Assembly: GCA_017533825.1 (NCBI GenBank)
Contig: JAFWIE010000058.1
Span: 17,728 to 81,727 of the forward strand
DNA length: 64,000 nt
Source: Atopobiaceae bacterium
GTDB taxonomy: Bacteria; Actinomycetota; Coriobacteriia; Coriobacteriales; Atopobiaceae
Direction of reading: 5' to 3'
A program made the position numbers and the translations under genes. The notes under the pieces are model-generated. The model saw only the letters and a program-made list of their open reading frames with translations. It did not search any database and was not told the origin of the DNA. Positions 17,002 to 26,610 of this stretch are shown here, piece by piece (positions within the stretch are counted from its first letter, which is position 1; the number at the start of each line of letters is the position of its first letter).

Positions 17002-18894
17002 CTAGACATGTGCTGCCTGATACTCTGCCCACTTGTCGTCAAGCAAAGCTTTCACCACATCTCCCTCAACGGTCTCGCGCTCGAGCAGCACGGCCGCCAT
17101 CGTATTCATCTGATCGCGGCGCTCGCCCAGCACGACCTGCGCACGACTATGGGCCTCGCGCATGATGCGCTCAACCTCGTCGTCAATGCGCTTCGAGGTC
17201 TCTGCAGAAAGGTCGTTGTGGTTGGCCCAATCTCTGCCGAGGAACACCTCATGCTGGGCCTCACCATAGACCTGCGTTCCGAGGTCCTCGCTCATGCCAT
17301 AGCGGGTCACCATCTCGCGAGCCATCTTGGTGGCGCGCTCGAGGTCGTTGCTCGCACCCGTCGTGATGTCGTCACAGAAGAGCTCCTCGGCAGTTCGCCC
17401 ACCGAGCAACACGGCAATTTGGTCAAGCATGCCACTACGCGTCTCGAGGAAGTGATCCTCGTCAGGCAATTGCAGCGTGTACCCGAGTGCGCGACCGCGC
17501 GAAATGATGCTGATCTTGTGCACCGGATCGGAGTTCTCCAACACGTGCCCGACCAATGCGTGCCCACATTCGTGGTAGGCGATGGTTCGACGCTCGCTCT
17601 CGGTCATGACGCGGGACTTCTTCTCGGGACCTGCGATGACGCGCTCCATCGCCTCCTCGATCTCGGTCATGGAGATGGCATCCTTGTGACGCCGTGCAGC
17701 AAGCAAGGCGGCTTCGTTCATCAGGTTGGCGAGGTCGGCACCGGTGAACCCGGGCGTGAGCTTGGCCAGTGCCTCGAAATCGATGCTCGAGTCAAGGGGC
17801 TTGTCCGCGGCATGCACACGCAGAATCTGCTCGCGACCTGCCACGTCGGGCCGATCGACCGTAATCTGCCGGTCGAAACGCCCGGGCCGGAGCAACGCGG
17901 GGTCAAGGATGTCGGGGCGGTTGGTGGCCGCGATGAGTATGACCGCCGTGTTGTCTTCGAAGCCATCCATCTCCACCAGGAGCTGGTTGAGCGTCTGTTC
18001 GCGTTCGTCGTGGCCGCCACCCAAGCCGGCGCCGCGCTGACGTCCCACGGCATCTATCTCGTCGATAAAGATAATCGAGGGCGAGGCGTCCTTTGCCTGC
18101 TTGAAGAGGTCACGCACGCGCGATGCACCGACGCCAACGAACATCTCCACGAAGTCAGAGCCCGAAATCGAGAAGAAGGGGACGCCTGCCTCACCTGCGA
18201 CGGCCTTGGCGAGAAGGGTCTTGCCGGTACCCGGAGGGCCCATCAGCAGCACGCCGCGAGGAATCTTTGCGCCCATCTTCTGGAAACGCTCCGGCTCAGA
18301 GAGGAAGTCGCGCACCTCCTTGAGCTCCTCGACGACCTCGTCGATGCCCGCCACATCCTCGAACTTGACGTTCGGTCTGCTCCCCTCGTCGCTCTTCACG
18401 CGCGCACGACCAAAGTTCATGGCGCGACCATTCTGACTCTGCATCTGGTTCATGAAGTAGACGATGATTCCGATCATGAGCACCGTAGGCAACACCGAGA
18501 TGAGCAGCGTCTCCCACAGTTCGCTGGTGCTCGCATCGACGGTGAACTTGACATCGGAATGCCGTGCCATCAGTTCGTCAAGGTTGTCTTCCCCAACGTA
18601 GGTGGACTTGAAGCCGCTTACCTTTCCCTCGGCCTTGTTGCCCGCCGACTTGTAGTACTTGCCTTGGAGCGACTTGTCTTCGACCTTGTAGGTGACCTCT
18701 TTGACGCGATCCTCCTTGACGGCCGTCACGAACTCGCTCGTGGCCAATACGTCTGGCTGCTCGACCCCAAACATCTGACCACGCGACATGATCAGATATG
18801 TGAGGAACGTAATGAGGATGACTATGTAGACCAACCCACGTCGACGCCGTTGCGACGCAAAGTCATGAGGGCTGCGGTTGTTGTCGTCTGGCAC
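17002..18894 (-). CDS. ftsH: ATP-dependent zinc metalloprotease FtsH
   Basis: 630-aa ORF (GTG start after GGGAG) with Walker [12 protein letters not shown] region and the HECGHA zinc motif. Confidence 0.95.
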   Translation of the reverse strand: MPDDNNRSPHDFASQRRRRGLVYIVILITFLTYLIMSRGQMFGVEQPDVLATSEFVTAVKEDRVKEVTYKVEDKSLQGKYYKSAGNKAEGKVSGFKSTYVGEDNLDELMARHSDVKFTVDASTSELWETLLISVLPTVLMIGIIVYFMNQMQSQNGRAMNFGRARVKSDEGSRPNVKFEDVAGIDEVVEELKEVRDFLSEPERFQKMGAKIPRGVLLMGPPGTGKTLLAKAVAGEAGVPFFSISGSDFVEMFVGVGASRVRDLFKQAKDASPSIIFIDEIDAVGRQRGAGLGGGHDEREQTLNQLLVEMDGFEDNTAVILIAATNRPDILDPALLRPGRFDRQITVDRPDVAGREQILRVHAADKPLDSSIDFEALAKLTPGFTGADLANLMNEAALLAARRHKDAISMTEIEEAMERVIAGPEKKSRVMTESERRTIAYHECGHALVGHVLENSDPVHKISIISRGRALGYTLQLPDEDHFLETRSGMLDQIAVLLGGRTAEELFCDDITTGASNDLERATKMAREMVTRYGMSEDLGTQVYGEAQHEVFLGRDWANHNDLSAETSKRIDDEVERIMREAHSRAQVVLGERRDQMNTMAAVLLERETVEGDVVKALLDDKWAEYQAAHV

Positions 18895-18996
18895 GCAATT
18901 CTCCCGTCACATGTATGAACGTGAATCGTTATTCTACCCATTCGCGGAGAGCCCCACACACGAGAACACATGCATCGGACGACGCGACTGATTGGG

Positions 18997-19548
18997 TTAT
19001 GAGTACACTTCCGGCTTCAGTACACCCACGTAGGGCAGGTTGCGATAACGCTCCGCATAGTCGAGCCCGTACCCCACGATGAACTCATTGGGCACATGCG
19101 TGCCGACATAGCGAGGCTCAATCGACGGCTTCTTGCCCGGAATGTCCTTGACCGCGAACGCGGCAATCTCCACCGACTTCGGATTGCGCGCCTTGAAGAG
19201 CCCGACCAAGTAAGAGAGCGTGATGCCCGAATCGAGGATGTCTTCCGCAATGATGATGTGCCTACCCTCGATCTTTGTATCGAGGTCCTTGACGATGCGA
19301 ACAACGCCGGAACTCTTCACGCCATCGCCATAACTCGAGACCGCCATGAAGTCCACGGAGCACGGTACGGTAATCGCGCGGAGCAGGTCGGCCGTAAAGA
19401 CAAAAGCGCCCCGAAGCACCGTTACGATCAAGGGGTTCTTGTCGGCATAATCCTGCGAGATGGCTTTCCCGAGACGCGACACAATCTCTCGTATATCCTC
19501 CTGCGAGAGCAGAATGGCTTCGATATCGGGATGCACGTGATTGTCCAT
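18997..19548 (-). CDS. hpt: Hypoxanthine phosphoribosyltransferase
   Basis: ORF 18997..19713. The start MDNHVHPDIE at 19548 follows AAGGAG. Contains the PRPP motif IIIAEDILDSG. The longer ORF overlaps a tRNA gene. Confidence 0.9.
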   Translation of the reverse strand: MDNHVHPDIEAILLSQEDIREIVSRLGKAISQDYADKNPLIVTVLRGAFVFTADLLRAITVPCSVDFMAVSSYGDGVKSSGVVRIVKDLDTKIEGRHIIIAEDILDSGITLSYLVGLFKARNPKSVEIAAFAVKDIPGKKPSIEPRYVGTHVPNEFIVGYGLDYAERYRNLPYVGVLKPEVYS

Positions 19549-19615
19549 GTGGACTCCTTTCTTTGTACGCATCGTACGTCCCCGTAACGTATTATAATAA
19601 GGCATGCGCCCTTGC

Positions 19616-19703
19616 GGAGGGGTGGCAGAGTGGTTGAATGCAGCGGTCTTGAAAACCGCCGGGCCGAGAGGTCTCGCGGGTTCGAATCCCGCCCCCTCCG
19701 CCA
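19616..19703 (+). tRNA. tRNA-Ser (anticodon UGA), CCA encoded
   Basis: GGAGGGG acceptor stem pairs with CCCCTCC. Anticodon loop CTTGAAA, long variable arm, T-loop GGTTCGAATCC. Confidence 0.9.
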
Positions 19704-19757
19704 TTTGGTGCACAGCACATCAGATGAACCGTAAGTCGATCGTGGGAGGATTCCCCC

Positions 19758-20276
19758 ATGGTGGGTCTTCTTTTTGTTGTAGCCATCTTTGCAGTGGCTG
19801 CCATATCGTACCTGCAGATATACAAGTCCCTCGTCCGCAAGGACAATCTCTGCGAGCATGCCTGGGAGGACCTTGATGCCCAACTCGCCAGGCGCAGCGC
19901 AGTGGTTTCCAAGCTTGTTGCCAGCTTGCCTGCGACGTCCGCCGAGCAGAACGACGAACTGCAGTACCTCACCCGCATGCAGGCCGCGGTTGACGGTGCG
20001 ACGAAGGCCGAATCCAAGATGTCTGCCTCGGCGGAGCTTACAAGCGTCCTCAACGCACTGATCTCGTCCCAAGAGATTCAGCCCGAACTCAAGGAAGAGT
20101 TGGAAGACATCGACACCAGGCTCACCTATGCGCGGGCAAGCTACAACGATTGCGTACGCAGCTATAACGATGCCATCACGACGTTTCCAGGAAAGCTGGT
20201 GGCACGCAAACGGTTCCTACCACGGAAAAGCTTCGAGGCGGTGGGAGACACCGCTCGGCAAAACATCGCACGATAG
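19758..20276 (+). CDS. lemA: LemA family protein
   Basis: 172-aa ORF with an N-terminal TM, plus WEDLDAQLARRS and YNDAITTFPG, which are typical of LemA. Confidence 0.8.
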   Translation: MVGLLFVVAIFAVAAISYLQIYKSLVRKDNLCEHAWEDLDAQLARRSAVVSKLVASLPATSAEQNDELQYLTRMQAAVDGATKAESKMSASAELTSVLNALISSQEIQPELKEELEDIDTRLTYARASYNDCVRSYNDAITTFPGKLVARKRFLPRKSFEAVGDTARQNIAR

Positions 20277-20289
20277 ACGAGGGTAGTCG

Positions 20290-21057
20290 CTACTTGCTCG
20301 CCTTCTTGTACTCATCGAGGAAGGCGCCAAACATTCCCTTGGACTGTCCAATGCGCTTCTTTCCCTGCTTCTTGGCCTTGCCCAGCATCTTTCCCAAGTT
20401 GCGCGCACCCTGTTCCGTCGCGTGTTCCGTCACCTTGCCAACTTTGGCCGCGACGTGTCTTCCGCTGACCTTCGCCTTCGCGTAGCCTTCGCCCGCCTTT
20501 GCGGCGAGACCGCCGTTCAGCTGCAAGTTTGCCGCCTCAGGCTCCACAATCATATATCCATCGCGATACCCAAGCAGCATGTCGGCAGGAATGACCAGAT
20601 TCCCCACCAGAGACGTCGCGACGCCACCATCCCCCACGTAGAACGAGGACACACGGCCACTCTTTGAGTGGAACTCAACGTCCGAGACCCACCCCAGCTC
20701 CTTGCCGTCGCTGGTCTTCGCATCCATTCCGGTCCAGATGAGGCACGCATTCCAATCCAAGCCGAGACGCGCGCGAGCGTCGTCGTCCATGCCTGCATCA
20801 CCCGTCACCACAAGCCCCGCATCGTGCGCCACACAGGCATCAAGGGCAACGAAGGCATCCTCCCGCTTGATCATGCCACCCACGTCGGGTCTACGCACCA
20901 GATACCCCACCACGCGATTGCCCGCCGGAGAGAAGACCACTTGGTGCACCTCCCCCACGTTCGACAAATCAGCCGGTGCAAGTTCCCGAGGATCACCCTT
21001 GCGACCCTTCTTGGGAACGTGCACCGGCACGCGCATGAGCTGACTCACTCGCAGCAT
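20290..21057 (-). CDS. PRC-barrel domain protein with a basic C-terminal tail
   Basis: ORF 20290..21210. The start MLRVSQLMRVPV at 21057 follows AAGGAG. Two PRC-barrel-like segments (VVGYLVRRPDVGG.., ELGWVSDVEFHSKSGRVSSFYV). The longer ORF would overlap the upstream gene. Confidence 0.6.
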   Translation of the reverse strand: MLRVSQLMRVPVHVPKKGRKGDPRELAPADLSNVGEVHQVVFSPAGNRVVGYLVRRPDVGGMIKREDAFVALDACVAHDAGLVVTGDAGMDDDARARLGLDWNACLIWTGMDAKTSDGKELGWVSDVEFHSKSGRVSSFYVGDGGVATSLVGNLVIPADMLLGYRDGYMIVEPEAANLQLNGGLAAKAGEGYAKAKVSGRHVAAKVGKVTEHATEQGARNLGKMLGKAKKQGKKRIGQSKGMFGAFLDEYKKASK

Positions 21058-21070
21058 GTCGCTCCTTGAG

Positions 21071-21538
21071 CTACTCGGCCTCTTCAGCCACTTCCTCGTC
21101 GGCGACTTCCTCGGCTGCCTCGACGACTGCCTCCGCCTCGAGGGCTTCCTCAGCCTCAACAACCTCATCCTCGGCGGCCTCGTCGGCGACTTCCTCGACG
21201 GCCTCGACATCGTCCTCAGCCTCGACGTCCTCTACGGGCATCTCAGCAGCATTGGAAAGGGAGTCACGAAGCTGATCCATGCGCTCACGGGCGAGGTCAA
21301 CCTTTGCACGGAGCTCGTCCGTCGTGGCGTCCACGTTGGGACGAACGGAGCTGAACTTGTCGCTCACGGCCTGCTGTCCGCGCTCATACGTATCGACCGC
21401 GGAATCCCATGCATCGTTTACGGCATCCGACGCCATTGCCCTGCTTTCCGCACCAGAGCGCGGGGCAAGCAGAACGCCCGCAGCGAACCCAGCAGCGACG
21501 CCCGCAACTGCACCGAGCGCATACTTGAGTAACTTCAT
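21071..21538 (-). CDS. YtxH-like protein with an acidic Glu/Ala/Val-rich tail
   Basis: 155-aa ORF. MKLLKYALGAVAGVAAGFAAGVLLAPRSG is the YtxH N-terminal signature. Confidence 0.65.
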   Translation of the reverse strand: MKLLKYALGAVAGVAAGFAAGVLLAPRSGAESRAMASDAVNDAWDSAVDTYERGQQAVSDKFSSVRPNVDATTDELRAKVDLARERMDQLRDSLSNAAEMPVEDVEAEDDVEAVEEVADEAAEDEVVEAEEALEAEAVVEAAEEVADEEVAEEAE

Positions 21539-21664
21539 TGTGGCCTCCAGATCTCCTTATCGTGCGCCAAGGCGCTTTGCTACCGACTCGTCCGAAAGAG
21601 TATATACCGTTTGGAGCTGCCTCGCAGCGAGGATAGGCCAAGCGGTCATGCCCCTATAGAACAT

Positions 21665-22318
21665 CTAGATGATTTTTTGCGACATAGAAGGACCGCGATC
21701 GAACTCCTCGTCCTCGTAGTCGTCGTAGTCGGCATCCGGTCCGAAGTCGTCGTCGTAGCTATCGTCGAACTCCTCCGCCGCATCCTCTTCGAAGTAGTCA
21801 TCAACGGGCTCGTCTGCAGGCAGCTCTCCACCTTCCCCCTCGACGGGAAGCGACTGAACGAGCTGGACGAGTCCCTTCACCGTTGCGTCAACGTCAGGCA
21901 CCGCACCCGCTCCGCCAGTGAACGCCCACGTCACAATCCAGATGGCGCTGGAAAGCGCGCCGGAAACCAAGACGTCATCGATGCAGGGCAGCTGGATGCT
22001 ATAGGTTCGATCGTATGCCAACTCACGCCACGTACGACCAGCGATCACCTCATCCGTGAGGTTTGACCGCGCAAGCAGCTCCACGGTAACGTGCTCAAGG
22101 AGGTGCGCAATCTCCGTATCGCCCATGCAATCCTTGAAGGTCATACCCGCATCGCCCGCACACGCATGGTCGATGATGGTAGGAAGCAGGTTGTAGACCC
22201 TCGTCGTTGCTTCCAGGTCCTCGCTCGTCATGAGCGGTCCGTCATTGGAGATATGCACGGTGGCCGTAAGGTACTCGGTCCCAACGACGACACGGGTGAT
22301 ATCGATGAGTTGCGCCAT
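21665..22318 (-). CDS. Hypothetical protein with a highly acidic tail; possibly a cyanophycin-synthetase-N-domain-like fold
   Basis: 217-aa ORF. DHACAGDAGMTFKDCMGDTEIAHLLEHVTVELL resembles the H.C...F......aH..EH...EL pattern. The tail is DDYFEEDAAEEFDDSYDDDFGPDADYDDYEDEEF. Confidence 0.5.
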   Translation of the reverse strand: MAQLIDITRVVVGTEYLTATVHISNDGPLMTSEDLEATTRVYNLLPTIIDHACAGDAGMTFKDCMGDTEIAHLLEHVTVELLARSNLTDEVIAGRTWRELAYDRTYSIQLPCIDDVLVSGALSSAIWIVTWAFTGGAGAVPDVDATVKGLVQLVQSLPVEGEGGELPADEPVDDYFEEDAAEEFDDSYDDDFGPDADYDDYEDEEFDRGPSMSQKII

Positions 22319-22381
22319 GGTGGTGTCCTTCTTCGCGGACGGCTAGTGCGCTACATTATAGCGCAGGGAACCAAAGCCAAG

Positions 22382-23701
22382 TCAAACGGCGGCATCCTCA
22401 TCGACAGCCTCGTCACCTTCGTCGTCGTCACTCGCCGTGACGCGAATCATCGAGACGCGCCTGCCCCGCATCGAAAGTACCTCGAAGGTGTAGCCATCCT
22501 TCTGGAAGACGTCGCCAACGTGCGGCAGCTTGTCCGCAAGCTCTAGCACGAAACCTGCAATGGTCTCGAACTCCGCGTTGTCCTCAATGGGCCATCCCAT
22601 CTCAATCGCATCGTCAATGGAATAGCGACCGTCGACAACCCAAGTACCGGGCGCGACCTGGCTGATGTAGCGGTTGTCTGGATCGAATTCGTCCTCAATC
22701 TCTCCCACGACTTCCTCAACGATGTCCTCAACCGTGATGACACCAGCGGTGCCGCCATACTCATCCACCACAATCACCATCTGGTCGTGGGAAGCCTGCA
22801 TCTCGGAAAGCAGGGGGATGATGTCCTTCGTCTCGGGCACGTACGTGGCGGAGCGGGCGTAGCGACTGACACGCTTATCGCTCGCACCCTCCTCGAGCAC
22901 GGGCGTAATGAGGTCCTTGATGTGAGCAATGCCTACTATGCGATCGATGTCTTCATGGTAAATGGGCACGCGGCTGTACCCAGTGCGCTTCATGACGTCA
23001 AGTACCTCGACACATGTAGCCGTGTCTTCGACCGCCTCTACGTCCACGCGCGGAATCATGACCTCGCGCGCCACCGTATCGCCCAAGTCTATGACGTCAT
23101 GAATCATGGACTTTTCCTGCTCGGTAAGCTCCTCGGCATCAGTCACCATATAGCGAATCTCGTCCTCGCTCACATTCTGGCGATCGTCTGCAGACTTGAT
23201 GTGCAGGAGCGTCGCCAGACCGTTGGCACTTGCGGCCGTCAACCATACGAGCGGCTTCGCGATGGTGGAGAACTTCCTGAGCGGTCCCGCAACCCGTTTG
23301 CTCACATTCTCCGCATCTGCCATCGCAATGCGCTTGGGAACCAGCTCTCCCACCACGATGGAGAAGTACGAGAGGATCAGCGTGATGAGCACCGTCGCAA
23401 TGATGCGCGAGGCCGGCACGCCGATGGACGCCAAGAGCTCACCGAACGGATCGGAAAGGCTCGTTGCCGCGAATGCGGAGCTTGCGAATCCCACGAGCGT
23501 AATGGCCACCTGAATTGCGGCGAGGAAGTCGCCCGGATTCTCTATGACGTCGGCGGCAACCTTCGCACGACGGTCACCTTCCTCCGCCTCGTGCTCGAGC
23601 ACAACCTTCTTTGCAGTTGAAAGGGCCATTTCCGACATGGAAAAGAAGCCGTTGACTATGGTGAGGAGTACGGTTACGGCAAGAGAAATCGCTATGTCCA
23701 C
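22382..23701 (-). CDS. CNNM/HlyC/CorC family transporter-associated protein (DUF21-CBS pair-CorC_HlyC)
   Basis: 439-aa ORF (GTG start). N-terminal DUF21 TM region with FFSMSEMAL, CBS-pair region, C-terminal CorC_HlyC-like domain. Confidence 0.85.
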   Translation of the reverse strand: MDIAISLAVTVLLTIVNGFFSMSEMALSTAKKVVLEHEAEEGDRRAKVAADVIENPGDFLAAIQVAITLVGFASSAFAATSLSDPFGELLASIGVPASRIIATVLITLILSYFSIVVGELVPKRIAMADAENVSKRVAGPLRKFSTIAKPLVWLTAASANGLATLLHIKSADDRQNVSEDEIRYMVTDAEELTEQEKSMIHDVIDLGDTVAREVMIPRVDVEAVEDTATCVEVLDVMKRTGYSRVPIYHEDIDRIVGIAHIKDLITPVLEEGASDKRVSRYARSATYVPETKDIIPLLSEMQASHDQMVIVVDEYGGTAGVITVEDIVEEVVGEIEDEFDPDNRYISQVAPGTWVVDGRYSIDDAIEMGWPIEDNAEFETIAGFVLELADKLPHVGDVFQKDGYTFEVLSMRGRRVSMIRVTASDDDEGDEAVDEDAAV

Positions 23702-23765
23702 GCGGCGACGCTACCCCCTAGTACGGATTGACACATGCGGATAGTGTAGCAGAACGATGCAGGGC

Positions 23766-24011
23766 CTACGCAAGTGCAAACCCAAGTGATGTTACCGCCT
23801 CACCGATGGCAGCGCTATCCACATCGCCGTGATACGCCACGACACCGGTCTCGTGATTGGCCACGACGTCAGTGGCACCAAGCTCCTCGAGCGCGAGGCA
23901 CACGCGCTTCTCGCATGCATTGCAGTGCATACCGCTCACATTGATGGTGTGTTGCGGCGCCTGTTGCGCCCCGTCGGCCGCATGGGCGGCAAACAGATCC
24001 TTGAGTCCCAT
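23766..24011 (-). CDS. copZ: Heavy-metal-associated (CopZ-like) metallochaperone
   Basis: ORF 23766..24122. The start MGLKDL at 24011 follows GGAGGGAG. Contains the GMHCNAC metal-binding motif. Confidence 0.75.
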   Translation of the reverse strand: MGLKDLFAAHAADGAQQAPQHTINVSGMHCNACEKRVCLALEELGATDVVANHETGVVAYHGDVDSAAIGEAVTSLGFALA

Positions 24012-24201
24012 TGTGTACTCCCTCCACACATGATTTCCCGACTTGATGAGTATACGACTCTGAGGCGAAGCGATGCCTCGTCGACGCAAGCTCTGTGGTA
24101 ACGCGTATGGCGGCAGTTCCACGGACAGGAGGAGGGTGCCCAGGAATTCCGAAAAAAGTTCTTGACGTGTAGCCTGTCGTATGGCATTCTATTTCTTGCA
24201 C

Positions 24202-24278
<77 letters not shown>

Positions 24279-24290
24279 TTGAATACGAGA

Positions 24291-24316
24291 ACCTCGCATA
24301 TGCGAGGTTTTTTTTG
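24291..24316 (+). terminator. Rho-independent terminator after tRNA-Asp
   Basis: acctcgca-ta-tgcgaggt followed by a run of T. Confidence 0.8.
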
Positions 24317-24360
24317 TTTTGCGCACATCTGTGCCGCATATGTCGAGGGGATGGGCGCTC

Positions 24361-25248
24361 ATGAATGAAGAGCGACTGGAAGGACGCTGGCCGGAGGGGG
24401 TTGACCCACGCCCCGTGATCGAACTCGATACATTTCGCGCCATGATACGAGAGAAAGGCCGGGAATTATACCGCGACCTGCCATGGCGTCGCACACGAGA
24501 CCCTTACGAAATCTGGGTGAGCGAGGTCATGTTGCAGCAGACGCAGGTCTCGCGCGTTGACGGGCGCTGGCAACGATGGCTCGAGCGCTTCCCTACCGTT
24601 GTGGACCTGGCACAGGCTCAGCAGGCCGACGTACTAGCCGAATGGCAGGGGATGGGATACAACCGGCGCGCGTTGTCGCTTCTCCGATGCGCCCGTATCA
24701 TTAGCGAGGCTGGTGCCTTTCCAACCTCGCAAAGAGATCTGGTCGCACTCCCGGGCATAGGCCCGGCAACGGCTGCGGGCATTCGCGCATTTGCGTTTGA
24801 CAAACCGGGAATCTATCTGGAGACCAATGTTCGCACTGTCTTCTTGCACGAACTCTTCCCGCAGGAAGACGCCGTCTCGGATCGATTCCTCGCCCCACTG
24901 GTCGAGGCAGCATGTCCCGCACACGACGTCCGTTCTTGGTATTATGCGCTGCTCGACTACGGGGCTTGGCTCAAGCGAATCGTCCCCAATCCATCACGGC
25001 GTTCGCGAGAGCACGTCCGACAGACTTCCTTCGAGGGATCGCACCGCCAGAAGCGTGCCATGGTATTGAGGTTGGTACTTGACGCACGGATGCAGGGAAT
25101 CGATACCAGCCTAGTTGCCGAAGCCCTCTCACGCGAGGAAGAGCAATCGGGCAGGCCGCGCGTGACGACGGACGTCGCGCACGACCTGCTCTGTGAGCTG
25201 GCGCGCGAAGGCTTCTGCCAGGAACGCTCAGGACGTTGGTACGCATAA
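24361..25248 (+). CDS. HhH-GPD base-excision glycosylase, MutY-like but without the 4-Cys Fe-S loop
   Basis: ORF 24319..25248 (TTG at 24319, which lies inside the terminator). ATG 24361 follows GAGGGGA. Contains WVSEVMLQQTQV, GMGYNRRA and LPGIGPATAAGI. There are no cysteines where MutY/Nth carry Cx6Cx2Cx5C. Confidence 0.7.
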   Translation: MNEERLEGRWPEGVDPRPVIELDTFRAMIREKGRELYRDLPWRRTRDPYEIWVSEVMLQQTQVSRVDGRWQRWLERFPTVVDLAQAQQADVLAEWQGMGYNRRALSLLRCARIISEAGAFPTSQRDLVALPGIGPATAAGIRAFAFDKPGIYLETNVRTVFLHELFPQEDAVSDRFLAPLVEAACPAHDVRSWYYALLDYGAWLKRIVPNPSRRSREHVRQTSFEGSHRQKRAMVLRLVLDARMQGIDTSLVAEALSREEEQSGRPRVTTDVAHDLLCELAREGFCQERSGRWYA

Positions 25249-25299
25249 GCAGGGGTTATTCCACCGGCACCTCCGGAGACAGACGGTCGAGAGGTTGTG

Positions 25300-26559
25300 C
25301 TACGGCATTTGATGCGTCTCGATATCGGGCAAGGTCAGACGCATATGCGGATACGTCGGCACCTCGAGCTGCCGCCAAAGGCGTTTGCGCGTATTGCACC
25401 ACTTCTCGTTGTCTTCCGGCAAAGTCGTTCCAAGAAGGTCCGCCACACGGCGAGCTATGCGGTCGAGGCGCGCCGGGCTCTTGACGTCCTTGTCACTCAC
25501 GCAAACGATGCGCATGAAATCCGCCTCGAGTGCAGAGAACTCCGAATCGCTTGGCTCATGCGAACCAACGTATTGCACGGCAACGCGCTTGCTCGGCCAC
25601 ACGAGGTCATATGCGAGGTAAGGGCCCGCCGATGATGGTGCCAAGCCGTCTTGCGTCTCGTACACCTGCGAGAATTCCGATCGCGCAAGCCCGTATCCAC
25701 CGTGCGTACGCGAGAGGCAGAACCACAGGTGCAGGAAGGTTGCCATGGGGCTACTCGCATTGTCCGAGACGTAGCGCAACACACGACGCGCACGTTTGCA
25801 TTCCTTGGTGCCACGTGCCCCGCGGAGGTAGCTGCGCAGCAATGACGTGGAGGTACGCGTGTGGAGCAAGTAGTCGTAATCCTCGCCCGCGTCATACTGT
25901 GTAATCGAAGTGCGGTACTTCCCACAGAGCTCGCAACCGAGCTGCACAGCCTCCGCGAAGGGTAACTGGTTTGCCTTGCGGAAGAAGAAGTACTCGGGAG
26001 TGCTCATCCGCATACCCGAAGAGAGCATCTCGAACGATCCCTCGGGGACGGGTCCTTCCCATACGCTCACCTTTCGTACGTGGCGTCCCTCAGATCGCGC
26101 GGCGAGGCGCATGGCCTCCCCTTCCTCCTCGCTCGTTGCGAGAATCTCGACATTGTCGAGGTTTCGGTCCCGGACGTAGTTATCAAAGAGACCTTCTTCG
26201 CACGAATCGTCGTCGCCATCGGGCACATCGAAGGGATACCCGCTTGGAACCCCACCCTCCGAGAAGGGGAAGGAACCGAGCATGGACTCCTCATCCAGAT
26301 CCTCGCCGGTGTTTGACATCCAATTGACGAGCATGGTGTGCAGAGCCTTGTTCGCGTCGCGCGCATCCTTCGTCGAGGTGGCCCTACAGCCAAGCAGGCT
26401 CGCAAGATGCTGGTAGATTCTCGAGAACGACTCGTAGTCGGCCAGGTCGGCGCAAGTCACGCGCAGGACCGTATAGTCGTCATCGCCTTCGAAGGGATTG
26501 CGCTGGGGATCGTCGACGATGTCGAGGGCGACCTTCTCCTTGGGCCAATACAGTGCCAT
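25300..26559 (-). CDS. Hypothetical protein with two DUF559/Vsr-like motifs
   Basis: 419-aa ORF with GGAGG RBS. LYWPKEKVALDIVDD at the extreme N-terminus and DLVWPSKRVAVQYVGSHEP near the C-terminus both resemble the D..WP....vE.DG motif of DUF559 endonuclease-like domains. Confidence 0.5.
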   Translation of the reverse strand: MALYWPKEKVALDIVDDPQRNPFEGDDDYTVLRVTCADLADYESFSRIYQHLASLLGCRATSTKDARDANKALHTMLVNWMSNTGEDLDEESMLGSFPFSEGGVPSGYPFDVPDGDDDSCEEGLFDNYVRDRNLDNVEILATSEEEGEAMRLAARSEGRHVRKVSVWEGPVPEGSFEMLSSGMRMSTPEYFFFRKANQLPFAEAVQLGCELCGKYRTSITQYDAGEDYDYLLHTRTSTSLLRSYLRGARGTKECKRARRVLRYVSDNASSPMATFLHLWFCLSRTHGGYGLARSEFSQVYETQDGLAPSSAGPYLAYDLVWPSKRVAVQYVGSHEPSDSEFSALEADFMRIVCVSDKDVKSPARLDRIARRVADLLGTTLPEDNEKWCNTRKRLWRQLEVPTYPHMRLTLPDIETHQMP

Positions 26560-26610
26560 GTGAGCCTCCTTCTTGCTCAGACATTACGTGGAACAAGACC
26601 TTACGCCCCC

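Noticed and set aside
17008-18918. 636-aa plus-strand ORF
   Set aside because: It is the exact antisense shadow of ftsH, whose motifs are unambiguous. The product is R/G/H/L-rich with no motifs, as is typical of high-GC shadow ORFs. The same reasoning applies to 3010..4248, 12593..13780, 14136..14987, 28943..30205, 42483..44564, 45446..47566, 48203..49261, 51290..52237 and 60584..61651.
19549-19713. N-terminal extension of the hpt ORF
   Set aside because: It overlaps tRNA-Ser(UGA) on the opposite strand. A strong AAGGAG RBS precedes the internal ATG at 19548.
24140-24200. Promoter for tRNA-Asp (TTGACG at about 24163)
   Set aside because: A good -35-like TTGACG is present, but I could not find a convincing -10 hexamer at 16-19-nt spacing, so I did not call it as a feature.
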